DNA of 64,000 nucleotides from the NCBI GenBank assembly GCA_027923505.1, contig BROI01000003.1:1302001-1366000 (forward strand). Reading direction: 5' to 3'. This DNA is from Mayamaea pseudoterrestris (lineage: Eukaryota). The translations under genes were made by a program, and so were the position numbers. How positions within the stretch are numbered: the stretch's first letter is position 1; each line of letters opens with the position of its first letter. Shown here piece by piece: positions 51,001 to 63,109 of this stretch. The notes beneath the pieces were generated by a model that saw only the letters and a program-made list of their open reading frames with translations, was not told the DNA's origin and did no database searches.

Positions 51001-51694
51001 GTGTCTTGGGGATGTGCTTGGCGAGCGGGTCATCCTCGAGCACTTGGGGGAGCGTGTAGTCAAGATTCGGTTTGCCTCCACAGAAGGCAATCTTGCGCTC
51101 GGCATCGAGGTAACCACCAATGAGGGAAACATATTCGTTGGCCGTTGGAATAGAGGTTTCATCCTTGGGAGGAGAGGCGTCTCCAGGCGACGACGCGTCG
51201 GTCGGTTGGACGGCTTGGAGGAGGATCTTAAGCTGGTCGGATGGAATCGACTTGAGGGCTGAAATGAGCGTAGCAAGGTCAGCTGCAGCAGACGTGGGAG
51301 AGCTAGCTCGGGTTTTAGGAGGAGGAGTGTCGAAATACTGCTCCGTATCGGTGTCGTTGTTGTCGGTAGACATGATGCTTTTCTCGGGGTCTAGAACGAG
51401 ATTTTGTAGCGGCAGTAGGGCGCGTGATTGGGACGAATAACCTATCAATGCAACTTGTGTCGAGTTACCTTGAGTACTTGGTCAAGTAGAAGATGATCAG
51501 TCTGCTAACTTGGTAAGAAGAGGGGAACGAGACGATTGCGTGTACTTTGCAATAGAATGATTTGATTTAGTTGTTACCGCTACTTTAAGGGGACCGTTGC
51601 CGACGTGTTGGTAACGTCGGCTTGCTTCTGTAGCTTAAGTAACTTGAGTATTCACAGATACTGGATATTAACAGATATCCAGCCATGAGGATCA
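45026..51694 (-). mobile_element. Ty1/Copia LTR retrotransposon (CoDi-type) with frameshifted gag-pol; putative 5' LTR ~51449-51694; no 3' LTR found
   Basis: Gag from 51373 with WCDKC..W.WNH...H finger; protease IHDSACAS; WHFKCGH..CAAC; integrase SVDH/LSDN/HHQNGIAER; RT KARFCVRGD, CYVDD; RNase H YVDADFAG, EQRADIFTK. Confidence 0.9.
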
Positions 51695-51849
51695 ACCGAA
51701 ACAAACGGACACTGGCAGGGCCTGAACCTTAATTGTTTCGACTGATCGGTTTACAACTTCGTCGCAACGGTACTTATATTTGATCGTGCATCCAGATCGA
51801 CGACGAGGAGGTACTGTACCTTCTTGCTTTCTCTTGTCATAGAATAAGC

Positions 51850-53388
51850 ATGTCGCCATCTTCGATACTGTTTGCAGGCTCATCATTAACAATGTTAGCA
51901 TTTCTGCGCAACGAGCGACGGGAGCTATCGAAAGTTGTCAGTCGAAAGCGTCCGCTCTCGACGACATCGTCGTCGTTACCGCTTGAAGAACCCACCAAAG
52001 AACAAGTGCTTGCCCTTCGCAAGGCGCACTTTGCAAACGCTCTCAGCATTTCCTACGCCAACACGGATCCTCTCATGATTGTCAGAGGAGAAGGAGCCTG
52101 GCTCTATGACGAAAATGACGTCGCCTATCTGGACACTCGCAACAATGTCGCCCATTGCGGACATTCGCATCCAACCATTGTAAAAGCCATTCAGGATCAA
52201 GTTGGACTCATCAATACTAACACTAGATATCTTCATCCAAACATGTCACTGCTTGCTGAAAAACTAGCATCAAAGCTACCAGAGCCACTCAACATCGTTT
52301 ACTTTTGCAACTCTGGAACTGAAGCCAACGATCTTGCACTTCGATTGGCGCGTGTTTACTCTGGCAGTCGAAATACCATTGTTCTCGACGGCGCCTACCA
52401 TGGACACTCCTTGGCAGTCTTGCAGGTATCGCCCTACAAGTATGAGCACTGCAACAGTCACGGAGAAACCGAGTTTCCACTTGTGCAACCGGATGGAGAC
52501 TGCAATTTCGAGTCGCCAGGGACGTTTATTTACAAGGTGCCATGCCCAGACGTTTATAGGGGCAAGCATCGTAATATTGACACTGCGGGTACATTATACG
52601 CCGAATATGTGGAAGAGGCATGTCAATTCTACACGAATCGCGGCGAATCAGTGAGCATGATTGTCGAGGGAGGCATGTCGGTGGCTGGAGTCAAGCTCTT
52701 TCCACCAAAGTACTTGGACACTTGCGCTCGCGCGGTGCGACGAGCTGGTGGCTTGCTGATTGTGGATGAGGTTCAAACTGGGTTTGGCCGACTTGGGTCA
52801 TCGTACTGGGCGTTTCAGCATGGCGACGCGACGGTCGTGCCGGATATAGTCACAGTCGGCAAGCCGTTCGGCAATGGCATGCCATTGGCTGCCGTCATTA
52901 CAAGTCGGGCAGTGGCAGATCGCTTTGATGCATTGGGAATCGAGCTGTTTAATACGTTTGGAGGGAATCCAGTCTGTACAGCTGCTGGATTAGCAATGCT
53001 CAAGGTCATGGACGACGAGCAACTTCAAGAGCAAGCATTGGAAGTAGGTGACTATCTGCGAAAAAGGTTAAACAAGCTATCATGCAGCGTTGATCTCATT
53101 GGTGACGTTGGAGGGTCTGGTTTATTTCTGGGCATTGAGCTGGTTCGGAATCGAGATGCGCTTGAACCAGCCGCACAGGAAACCTCTTTTATATGCTCGA
53201 CGCTCAAGTCAAAGTTCAAGATACTATGCAGTATCGATGGCCCATATGAAAATGTTATTGTTGTCAAGCCTCCAATGGTTTTCAGTCGGGAAAATGCCGA
53301 CTACTTTGTGGATTCGTTTGCAAGAGCAGCCCTGCTTTGCGCTGATGCGCAACTCGATTTGTCTGCGCTGGTGAAGACGCCGACATAG
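51850..53388 (+). CDS. Class III PLP aminotransferase (ethanolamine-phosphate/phosphohydroxylysine phospho-lyase-like)
   Basis: [67 protein letters not shown]. Confidence 0.92.
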   Translation: MSPSSILFAGSSLTMLAFLRNERRELSKVVSRKRPLSTTSSSLPLEEPTKEQVLALRKAHFANALSISYANTDPLMIVRGEGAWLYDENDVAYLDTRNNVAHCGHSHPTIVKAIQDQVGLINTNTRYLHPNMSLLAEKLASKLPEPLNIVYFCNSGTEANDLALRLARVYSGSRNTIVLDGAYHGHSLAVLQVSPYKYEHCNSHGETEFPLVQPDGDCNFESPGTFIYKVPCPDVYRGKHRNIDTAGTLYAEYVEEACQFYTNRGESVSMIVEGGMSVAGVKLFPPKYLDTCARAVRRAGGLLIVDEVQTGFGRLGSSYWAFQHGDATVVPDIVTVGKPFGNGMPLAAVITSRAVADRFDALGIELFNTFGGNPVCTAAGLAMLKVMDDEQLQEQALEVGDYLRKRLNKLSCSVDLIGDVGGSGLFLGIELVRNRDALEPAAQETSFICSTLKSKFKILCSIDGPYENVIVVKPPMVFSRENADYFVDSFARAALLCADAQLDLSALVKTPT

Positions 53389-53684
53389 GTGCAAGCGCGA
53401 CGTATGTTCGTCAATTGATATAATTCTTTGTTACTTTGATAGAAGGGCTTACCAGTACTTGTACTTGTAGGTTGCCTGCCCCGAACGAACCACAGGTCCA
53501 ATCCGAGCCGCTTGCAAGCAAGCTGCGTGGCGGGAATCTTTATCAGATGTCGCAACGTGACTGAAAGATGAGCGCGCGTACGTCATTCGCCGCAAAGATT
53601 TGCGCTCGTTTCCAAGCGCACCATGGCCCTCCCTGCTTTGTCGCAGTTGTCTCGCCACCAAGCGTCTCCGGCACCGTTCGCAAG

Positions 53685-54530
53685 ATGCGTCTATCCGCAG
53701 CAGTGGCCATACTACTAGCGACCTCCGCTGAAGCTTTCCAACCAGCCTTTCTTTCCAAACAGACATCAAGCAGCAGCGCCCTCGCCATGTCGACCAAAAT
53801 GTCGCAGGATGAGCTTAAGAAGCTTGTAGGATACAAGGCTGTCGACGACTACGTCAAGTCCGGCATGGTGGTAGGCCTTGGGACTGGTTCCACTGCATAC
53901 TTTGCCGTGGAACGAGTTGGAGAAAAGCTCAAGTCCGGGGAGCTTACCGATATTTTAGCCATTCCAACGTCCGTCCGAACCAAGGAGCAGGCCGAATCCC
54001 TTGGCATTCCGCTAGTTACACTTGACACGCACAGCAAGCTTGATGTTGCCATTGATGGAGCGGATGACGTTGACGACGAGCTCAATCTTACCAAGGGTGG
54101 CGGAGGAGCGCTTTTCCGCGAAAAGATTGTCGAAAACTGCGCCACCAAATTCATTGTCATTGTGGATGAGTCCAAAATTGGCAAGGGCCTTGGACCAGCC
54201 TTTCCCATTCCTGTCGAGATTGTTCCCTTTTGCCATGAACACACCATGCGAGTCATTGCCGATCTTCCAAGCTGCAAGGGAAAGTGCAAGCCGATCCTTC
54301 GCCTCGGCTCGGCTGCCAACAACCAGGTTGACGGCGAGGACCCAGCGGTGACGGACAATTCAAACTACATTGTTGATCTTCATTTCGAAGATCCCATCAA
54401 GGATCCTGCGCAACTAGGACGGGAGCTTAAGAATGTTGTTGGAGTTGTTGAGCATGGTCTATTTTGCGGTATGGCTTCGGCCGTAATTATCGCATCAAGC
54501 GATGGTATCTCTGTCAAGGAAGCCAAGTAG
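53685..54530 (+). CDS. rpiA: Plastid-targeted ribose-5-phosphate isomerase A
   Basis: AEA-FQP signal; GLGTGSTA, DGADDV, KGGGGAL.REK, GVVEHGLF. Confidence 0.95.
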   Translation: MRLSAAVAILLATSAEAFQPAFLSKQTSSSSALAMSTKMSQDELKKLVGYKAVDDYVKSGMVVGLGTGSTAYFAVERVGEKLKSGELTDILAIPTSVRTKEQAESLGIPLVTLDTHSKLDVAIDGADDVDDELNLTKGGGGALFREKIVENCATKFIVIVDESKIGKGLGPAFPIPVEIVPFCHEHTMRVIADLPSCKGKCKPILRLGSAANNQVDGEDPAVTDNSNYIVDLHFEDPIKDPAQLGRELKNVVGVVEHGLFCGMASAVIIASSDGISVKEAK

Positions 54531-54667
54531 GCGATAAAATAAAGGAAGCTTACTGTATACACGTCTTTGCGAGATATAATTCGAAGCCATCTTATACCAT
54601 GGCAAGCTACAAGTAGCTCCCGAGCGCCAGTACGACCTTCGCACACATTCCGATCGATATCCATCGA

Positions 54668-55318
54668 ATGGATTGTGGATCGACCATCAATTCATCGAAA
54701 ACGATGATGAGCCTGTTGCATATAGTTCTGCTCGCAATAAGCTTGAAAAATTCGTCTTTAGCAGTAGCAAAAAGTCCCATAGTCATGTCTGCAAGCGAAT
54801 GGAAAAGTAAAGCTCCTTATCGCGCGGAATTTGGCTCGACCAATGACGCCAATGACACGTACAAGGCGACCTGCTTCTGTGGTCGGGTTGCCTACGAAGT
54901 ATGGGGATATCCAGTGGACTCAAAGTTGTGTCATTGCCAAGACTGTCAAGTGTTACATGGTGCTCCCTTTGAGTGGGTGTCATTGTTTGAGAAGGATCAT
55001 GTTCGCTTTCACCCGTCGTCACTCGACTATCTCCACTTTTACAACACCAAACTCGACAAAAGTTGGACAAGTGAAGAGGCACAGGATCGGCAACTTCCTG
55101 TCAAAGTTCGATGTCGCCACTGCGGAACTCCGGTGGCGGATGAAGGTCGAAGCATGTGGCTTGGCTACACCACATTGTTTCGCTTTCGCGAGCATGAAAT
55201 TCCTAGCGCTTTTCGGCATTCATGTCATATGTTTTACGCTCAACGGTGCATTAACATGAACGATGGTAAGACGAAGTGGACAGGTGACAAGGACAACTCA
55301 CCGGAATGGCTTGACTGA
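54668..55318 (+). CDS. GFA/CENP-V (Mss4-like) zinc protein
   Basis: ATCFCG, CHCQDCQ..HGAPF, C.HCGTP, HMFY; hydrophobic N-terminus; start uncertain. Confidence 0.85.
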   Translation: MDCGSTINSSKTMMSLLHIVLLAISLKNSSLAVAKSPIVMSASEWKSKAPYRAEFGSTNDANDTYKATCFCGRVAYEVWGYPVDSKLCHCQDCQVLHGAPFEWVSLFEKDHVRFHPSSLDYLHFYNTKLDKSWTSEEAQDRQLPVKVRCRHCGTPVADEGRSMWLGYTTLFRFREHEIPSAFRHSCHMFYAQRCINMNDGKTKWTGDKDNSPEWLD

Positions 55319-55642
55319 ATACGGTACTTAGGTATGGCCAACATAGCCGAATCTTTTTACCGTAAGGAATTTCCGCGGATGCGTTTTTGAAGCGATTGTG
55401 TATAGTCTTGTTACGCTTCAATGTATGCATCCACGTTCATGTACATGTTGTAAGGAAAACAGGGACAACAGGTCAATGTATTGTATTTGCATGCGAAGTA
55501 ATAGCTAATGGCCTTCACTATCGAATTCCATTGATAGTGGTGGTTCGCTCGCGGTAAAGTCCGATGTTCAGACGTGCAACTCGCAGGCTACAAGTCTATT
55601 CACTGCTTCTTCCTAGAATCTGAACCGTAAAAACACTGTAAT

Positions 55643-56160
55643 ATGTCAAATAACAGTTGGAGAAGCAAAGCGCCTTATCATCCCGACTTCGGGATCCGCT
55701 TCAGCGACGATCCCATCTACAAAGCAACCTGTCATTGCGGTCGAGTCTCGTATGAAGTCCAAGGCGAACCCATGGACTCGAAACTCGTGGATTGTGAAGA
55801 TTGTCATGATTTACCGCAGAAGGAATGGGTTTCGGTATTCGAAATGGAAAATGTTCGATTCAAGCCCGAGTCTCTCGACAACCTTTACTTTTTCAGTTTC
55901 AAATTGGACAAGGGCTGGACAAGCGCCGAAGCGGAGCAGCGAGAACTTTTAGTTAGAGTTACCTGCGCTCACTGCCGCACGCCCGTAGCTGATGAAGGGC
56001 GTAGAATGTTTCTAGCGTTTGCAAGCTTGTTCAAGTTTCAAGAGGATGAATCCCACGCACCTTTCGTCAGTCCGGGCACTTGTTCGATGGGACGCGCGTG
56101 GCAGAAAAAGAAAAGTTGGAAGGACGCTTGCACCAACAGAAGAAATGGGCTGAGAGCTAG
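55643..56160 (+). pseudogene. Diverged GFA paralog with altered zinc motif and a 1-nt frameshift near 56050
   Basis: Collinear with 54668-55318; VDCEDC replaces CHCQDC; restoring one A gives EIPRTFRQSGHLF...KKWAES* (stop ending 56160). Confidence 0.65.
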
Positions 56161-57362
56161 GCTGGTTCAGAGTAGGAATTTATCATTTTGTTGATTGACG
56201 CGGTATAGTTCACCTGTCCATCTTTTATTCCTCATGCATTTTACGTCGGTATTTCGTAAGGCTAAATTGGGATTTTGTTTGTATTTTCCAATGGTAGCTG
56301 CTGAAGTCTACCCTTTTTCGAGTAACCCGTTAAAGCTGCACCTTGATAAGCTCTGGATACTCGAACACTACGACTATGCGCCGAAGTTGATGAGAGGTAG
56401 CTGATCACACACTGCGACCTTCTCCCTTGCCAAAGGACCGCGTGAACGATCCTTTTTGGACTACATTGTTTGGGCTCCCTTCCCGGTGGACTGCGCCAGG
56501 CCGAAAGGATCGTATCTGTTGTTTGGAAAGACGGGTTAATGTTAGACCAGCCTTGGATATCGAAATAACTTGTCACCATGAGTTGCGCAATGATTGCGCC
56601 GCACACTTTGACTCGTCGTCCCTTCCATACATATAGGAAATGCGGTTTCGCAATCGTTCTGCCACGGAACAAATTGATTTATCCGTTGCAAATCGTCAAC
56701 AGACAGGTCGAGATATTTAGTCAAGTGAATTGTGTACCATGTCCGTTGGTGGCGCGCGCCGACGGACGAGTCCAGACGGGTTGGAGGGAGCTTGTCGTCG
56801 CGTCTGCTGCTTCCTTGGTCGTGCCGACAATCAGTCGATGGTCCCGCGACTGTATTCAACACCACAAAGGGCTTGATTCATCAATGAAAGCAATGTTTCG
56901 TCGAAATGGTGAAGTGTGGTTTCGCAGTGCCAAGGGAAAGCGCAGAGGAGACTCGACAAGGAATTGTCACGGCGCGCACACAACGACTCTGACTCAACCA
57001 AGTGGCAGTCGCTTACTTGCGAATCACCTATTGACAATGATTAAGAAGTGACGAAACGATGACATAGGATATCGATTCATGTCAAATAATGACGACATGC
57101 AAATCGCGCGAGTGGATTGCTGGCAGCATGGTGAGTGAGTCAGCAAGCCAGCTGTCAGCTGTCACATGGTTTTCTGTGCGTCGTCGTCCTTGATGCCCGA
57201 CAAGTGGCAGTGGCTTGGCCGATCCATCAATTTTTGTCCATTGGGTTTTATTCATCAAGCAACAAGCATGATTGTTGTCATGGCTGTTTATGGAGCAAAT
57301 GGAACGGCGTGACGAATCGTCTTGCCTTGTCTCACAAGGTAGAATACTGTGACAGTAATAAT

Positions 57363-57675
57363 TTGCAGGATGCGAACGAAAACAGCGAAAATCGGGCAAG
57401 TCACACCGAATGTCCGATAGGGTGACACAGCGGCACTCGCGGCTCACCACAGCCTCACGATCGCGTGATGCGTGGCAGCGACGGCTTCGAAGCGATTCAA
57501 CGAGCATATTGCTGAAACTAGTGCGATATAGAGTAGAAACAAGCAGACTTACTAAGCTTGAAGAGTTAAGAAAGCGATTTATTCGTCTCTCGTATTGTAG
57601 CAACTGCAAGCTTGGATTGGCCATCCAAGGACAGCTACAAGCGAAAGGTGCAACGATTTGATTTACAAGTTACAA
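57363..57675 (+). repeat. 5' LTR (313 bp)
   Basis: Matches 63110-63422 except for 2 substitutions (CGAGCAT vs CAAGTAT). Confidence 0.93.
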
Positions 57676-60600
57676 GATTAACACTGTCTTGAGACTCATT
57701 GCCTCGGCATAGAGACTTTATTGACGAAGAGTACTATTGATTTACGAAGTAACGTGGACGCACGTTGGTTCTTGGCCCGGAAAGTTCCGCAGGTGATAGC
57801 AAGAACATTGTCACGACGACAACGATGGCGGAAACTCGCGCGCAGAAAGACGCGGCGTTTGCGCATGTTTACGAAGAGAACGTAGGCGTTTTCCAAGATC
57901 CTCAGTTCAAGGAGTTATTCGACGAACTCGGAGTAGAATCGCTTACGCAATTGATCGAGATGGAGTACGACGATTTCGCGACGAAGTGGAACGTCACGAC
58001 GACGACTGACGATGGCGACAATGTCACGCAGGAAACGAGCGAACACTCGCTAACGAAGATGAAACAACGCACGATCACGAACGCGATCGAATGGTATTTG
58101 GCGCAAGAGTCGCCGGACATCAAGACATGGTCGCAACTGACCACCGAAACGCTGGCGACGTTCGTCACAGCACGAGCGAAGGAACGAGTCCAAGCGCGCA
58201 ACATTGCGAGCGTGGGCAGCGGAAGCGGAGCGAAACCTCCAGCGAAGGAAAGCGAAACGGAATCCAAGAAGGACGAATCCAAGGACTCCACGCTAACGAA
58301 CGAAGGCGACGAGTCGAAACCCGACTCGGCCGACAAGGTGCCACCGACGAGCGTGGACGTGGACACGAAGCAGTCACCGACATCCGTATTGGACCTCGGC
58401 GACGACGAAGACGACGAGAAGTATTCAGACCAATTTACGAAGTCTATCAAGTTCTCGGCGAAGGATTGTAAAGAAATGAAGCTGGATTCCTCGTGGAAAC
58501 AGTGGATTTCCGAGTTGAAAGTCATCGCTACATTGCACGACTTCCACGAAGTCTTTGACGACGATTATGACCCAAAGGAAAAGGGAACGAAGGAACAGAA
58601 GGCGTATGCAAAGAAGAATGTGTTTGTATACAGAATCTTTCTCACGCACTGTCGAACTCCGTCTGCATCACTCGCAGTACAGCAGTTCAAGAAGACGATG
58701 GACGGACGCGAAGTCTACCAACGATTGCGAACGCGATACGAAGAAGGCGCTACTGCTCACATCGAGAAGGAACGCGCGCGAACGGAACTGCAGGGAATGC
58801 GGCTGACCGAGAAGTGGTCAAGGCCGACGATCGAATTTCTCGCACTGTTCTACAAGAAAGTCATCTGGCTGCTCGAAATGGACGCAGAAGCTCTGACAGG
58901 TTTACAACGATACGACATGCTACGCGACGCTTTCTCTGAGCACACTGGATTCAGCGCCTCGCTAGCAGGTTTTGACGGAATGATTGCCATCAAGAAACAC
59001 ATGGGGCAACACGACTCGGAAGACAATTTCGCGCAGTTGTACGCGCACTTAGAAGAGTGCTGCATCAAGTATGACAAGAAGCACCCATCGACGACGAAGA
59101 CTAAGCGCACAATCAATCAAGCGCAGTCTAGTGGAACGAAAGGAGGCGGCGGCGGCAATGGCGGCGCGACTCCAAGCGGCTTATCGGCGGAACGATTTGC
59201 AGCGATCATGAAGAACCCTCACGCGAGCGTGAAGGATGAAGTCTGGTTGGAGATGAAGTTCGATCAGCGAAAGCAGTTGAAGGACAAGCGTGCGACGGCG
59301 CCCAAGACACCCGAAAACGGATGGCGACCGCGCAACCAACGAGGCACGGCTACGACGCAGACGCAAGCCAACGCGGCGCATCAAGAGCGTCACGCGACGG
59401 AATCTGTAGCGAACGATCACGCAAGCGTTCCTGGCACGATTAATATTCAGCCAGGCAATAGTGGAATGTCAGTCCAAACGGCTGCACGATCGGTTCTGCA
59501 AGCGAATAATGCGAGTACTACAACTCAGCAAGTGACAGGATCGTTGACGACTGATAACACCGGACGAGGTACATTCAGCTTCAACATGCATCGTCGTATG
59601 CGCGTCAATCGCGCACACTACGAGCGGATCAACGAAGGCGCGCTCATCGACAGCGGCGCAAACGGAGGCTTATGCGGAGGAGACATGCTCGTCGTTTCGG
59701 AAACGAACGCCGAGGTGGATGTGACTGGTATTGACGATCATATTGTCCCAGCTCTCAAGATTGGCACTGCAGCTGGACTGGCAAAGACCCTTAGTGGCGA
59801 AACCATTCTGCTTTTGTGTCACCAGTATGCTTTAAAGCGAGACGGACCGACGATTTCATTGCCCGAATCAATTGCGCGCAATGGGACATCGCGTCGACGA
59901 TATTCCGACCATGTTTGGCGGAACGCAACGAATTACAACGAACATTGGAGGCTACGTTTTGCCATTGGCGATTCGCGACGGCCTGGTGTACTTGGACGTG
60001 ACGAAACCCACGTTCGATGATTTGGATAAGTATCCGACCGTCATAATGACGTCGGATGTGCCGTGGGACCCGACTGTTTACGATGTCGAGCACGCGCACG
60101 ACGATTTCGATGAACGCGATCACGATTATGGATCTTTCGACGAACGATTCGACGATGACGGTATCACGCACCGCAATCGTCACACGCCGACACGCACTGG
60201 CGACGAACTTGACGTACTGATCAATCGGTGCGTGCGACACGCTCAGTTTTCACGCGGGGAGCGGCCAGGGACCCACAGCGCACGAAGAATCCGAAATCAC
60301 GTGCCGCAAAAGTGCGGAGCGCAACTGGAATCGAACCAAGGATAACCGGCTATATCACCTCTAAACACGCTGCTACTTTTCCGTCTGCTAGTGTACTATA
60401 TGCTGCATACAAGGCACCATGCACTATGACAAGTAAAGGTATCGCTCTGGTTGCTGTTTTTCGTGTGCAACCTGCTACTCCCCTAGCTTTGCGCGTCATA
60501 GTGCTAACTCGTCTTCCGTTTCAGCTGGCATTTTCGTCTCGCGGGGGAATGTCACTTTTCAGTTTTTCCTGCGGCGTTTCGGGCTCGGCGCATCTTTGTG

Positions 60601-63109
60601 CACTCCCCAGGGTCCGCGACTCCCCATCGTTCGTTCGTGACAAACCCGTGCAACCAGTGAATTTTTTGCTTTTTCTTCGCTTGATTCGATCGCAACTCGA
60701 ACCAGCAGCCTCAGTCCAGATCTCTCGATAGGGACGCTACCATAGCAGGTATGCAACAGAAAGTAGTCACGACAACTACGAAGGAAACGACGACGAAACA
60801 ATTCCGATGGCGAACCACGCCAACGTACCAGCGAAGTTCTTCAGAAGGGCTGAGCAAGAATCAGGGAATAAATGCCCTCTGTTCTCTCCAAGCGAACTCA
60901 TCGGACGCACGTTCGTAAGGGAACACGAAAACGGTCAGAAAATGCGAGCGACTGTATGCGAATATATCGAAGTACGCGATAACGAGCTACTCGAAACGAC
61001 GAAAGGTTTCCTAATCCAAATGGGAGAGGAGCCAGCGAAAGACTTAATAAGTTACAACGAACTGTCGGATTTAATCGAACGACAGATGGACGAAGATATA
61101 CGAAACGATCCGGCGACTCAGTGGGTATTCACGAAGGTAATCGGACACGAGCTTAATTTGAAACCGAACGATCCGACATACAAAGGAAGTTCAAGTAACG
61201 TTCTCGTCGAATGGACTGACGGAACGACGACGTGGGAGCCTCTCGCGATCATGAAGAAGGACGATCCGATAACGATCGCAGAGTATGGACTCAAGCACGG
61301 CTTACTCGACAAGCCAGGATGGAAGCAGCTGGAGCATTACACTCGGAAGCGAAAGAAGTTTCGACAGATGGTAACAGCGGCGAAACGAAAATCGAAAGCA
61401 AACGGCGTACGCTACAAATTCGGCGTAAGGTTGCCGCGCAATTATAAAGATGCGAAAGCTCTCGACGAGATCAACGGCAACACGCTGTGGACGGATGCGA
61501 TTCGAACGGAATTAAATCAGATAAATGATTACGACACGTTCGCAGATCAAGGAGTCGGTAAGGTTATGCCGGCGCCGTGGAAACGAATAAACGTGCACAT
61601 GATATTCGATGTCAAGCACGATTTGCGACGGAAAGCACGACTCGTCGCAGGAGGACATATGACAGAGCCGCCGAAGGATTCAGTTTACTCGGGCGTTGTG
61701 TCATTGCGAAGTCTACGAATGGTAGCGATGTTAGCGGAACTCAACGGTCTGGAACTGTGGGCAGCTGACGTCGGCAACGCATACTTGGAAGCGAAAACGA
61801 AAGAGAAGGTTTATATCGTGGCAGGTCCGGAGTTCGGGGAGCTCGAGGGTCACACGCTCACGATCGTGAAGGCATTATACGGTCTTCGCACGTCAGGCGC
61901 ACGCTGGCACGAGCACTTTGCAGACACGCTCCGCGACATTGGCTTCACGCCGTGTATCGCAGAACCGGACGTGTGGATGCGCGATAAAGGCACGCACTAC
62001 GAATACGTTTGTGTGTATGTCGACGATTTAGCGATAGCGATGAAGAATCCGAAGGAACTAACGGATCTTTTAATTGAGAACTACAACTACAAGTTGAAGG
62101 GCGTCGGTCCATTGGCATATCATTTGGGCGCAGACGTTTGGCGAGACGACGACGGCGTACTCTGCTTCGGAGCGAAGAAGTACGTCACAAGACTACTAGC
62201 GAACTACAAAGAAATGTTCGGCGAGGAACCGCGACCGCAGACAAGTCCACTACGCGACGGCGATCATCCGGAACTCGACGAAACGAAAGAACTTGACGAC
62301 GACGGAATTGCGAAGTATCAATCGATAATTGGTGCGTTGCAATGGGCAGTAAGTTTATGTCGATTCGACATTCACTGTGCTGTCATGACTATGGGGAGAT
62401 TCCGAGCTGCGCCACGAGCGGGGCACTTGGAACGGTTGAAGCATATTTGCGGATACTTACGAAGATACCCGGATGGAGCGATTCGATTCAACGTTTCGAT
62501 TCCAACGGACGAGCGATACGCGACAGTTGACAAGATGGATTGGGATTACAGTGTGTACGGCAAGATCTGCGAAGAGCTTCCGTGGAACATGCCCACGCCG
62601 CGCGGCAAGGCGGTGCGAATGTCAACGTTCGAAGATGCGAACCTGTACCACGATTACACGACGGGACGGGCAGCGATGGGCATGCTACACATGTTGAATG
62701 GAACAGTCGTTGATTGGTTTTCGAAACGCCAAGCGACGGTCGAGACGGCGACGTACGGCTCGGAGTTTGTAGCAGCGAGAGTGAGCACGGAGCAGATCAT
62801 GGATCTTCGCTTCACGCTACGCATGTTGGGAGTTCCGCTCGACGGACCTTCATGGATGTTTGGAGACAACAAGTCGGTAACGCAAAGCAGCAACCTACCG
62901 CACTCTAGTCTGACGAAGCGACACAATGCACTGGCATTTCACCGTGTACGCGAAGCGATTGCGGCGGGAATTATTAATTTCAACCACATCATGGGAACGA
63001 CAAACCCGGCGGATGTACTTACCAAGTTTCTTCCACGGGCTACGGCAAGCAAGCACTTAAAGAACCTGCTCTTCAAGGAATCTAACTATTAGGTATGACT
63101 TGAGGGGAG

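Noticed and set aside
56262..57051. Overlapping short ORFs, possibly a decayed gene
   Set aside because: No motif I can recognise; frames are inconsistent
57082..57661. ORFs overlapping the 5' LTR (also 63057-63408 at the 3' LTR)
   Set aside because: Duplicated only because the LTR is duplicated; no recognisable domain
57767..57780. GGTTCTTGGCCCGG as the Copia PBS
   Set aside because: It lies about 90 bp from the LTR end, whereas a PBS should abut the LTR
60313..60398. tRNA gene on the minus strand (GGTTCGATTCC B-box-like motif at 60323-60333)
   Set aside because: Acceptor stem is mismatched and no anticodon stem pairs; at most a degenerate tRNA-like remnant, which a tRNAscan-SE run would settle
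60341..60595. Open frame in the non-reversed complement of the insert
   Set aside because: Not a biological reading direction; the reverse-complement PPT/LTR similarity explains the segment better
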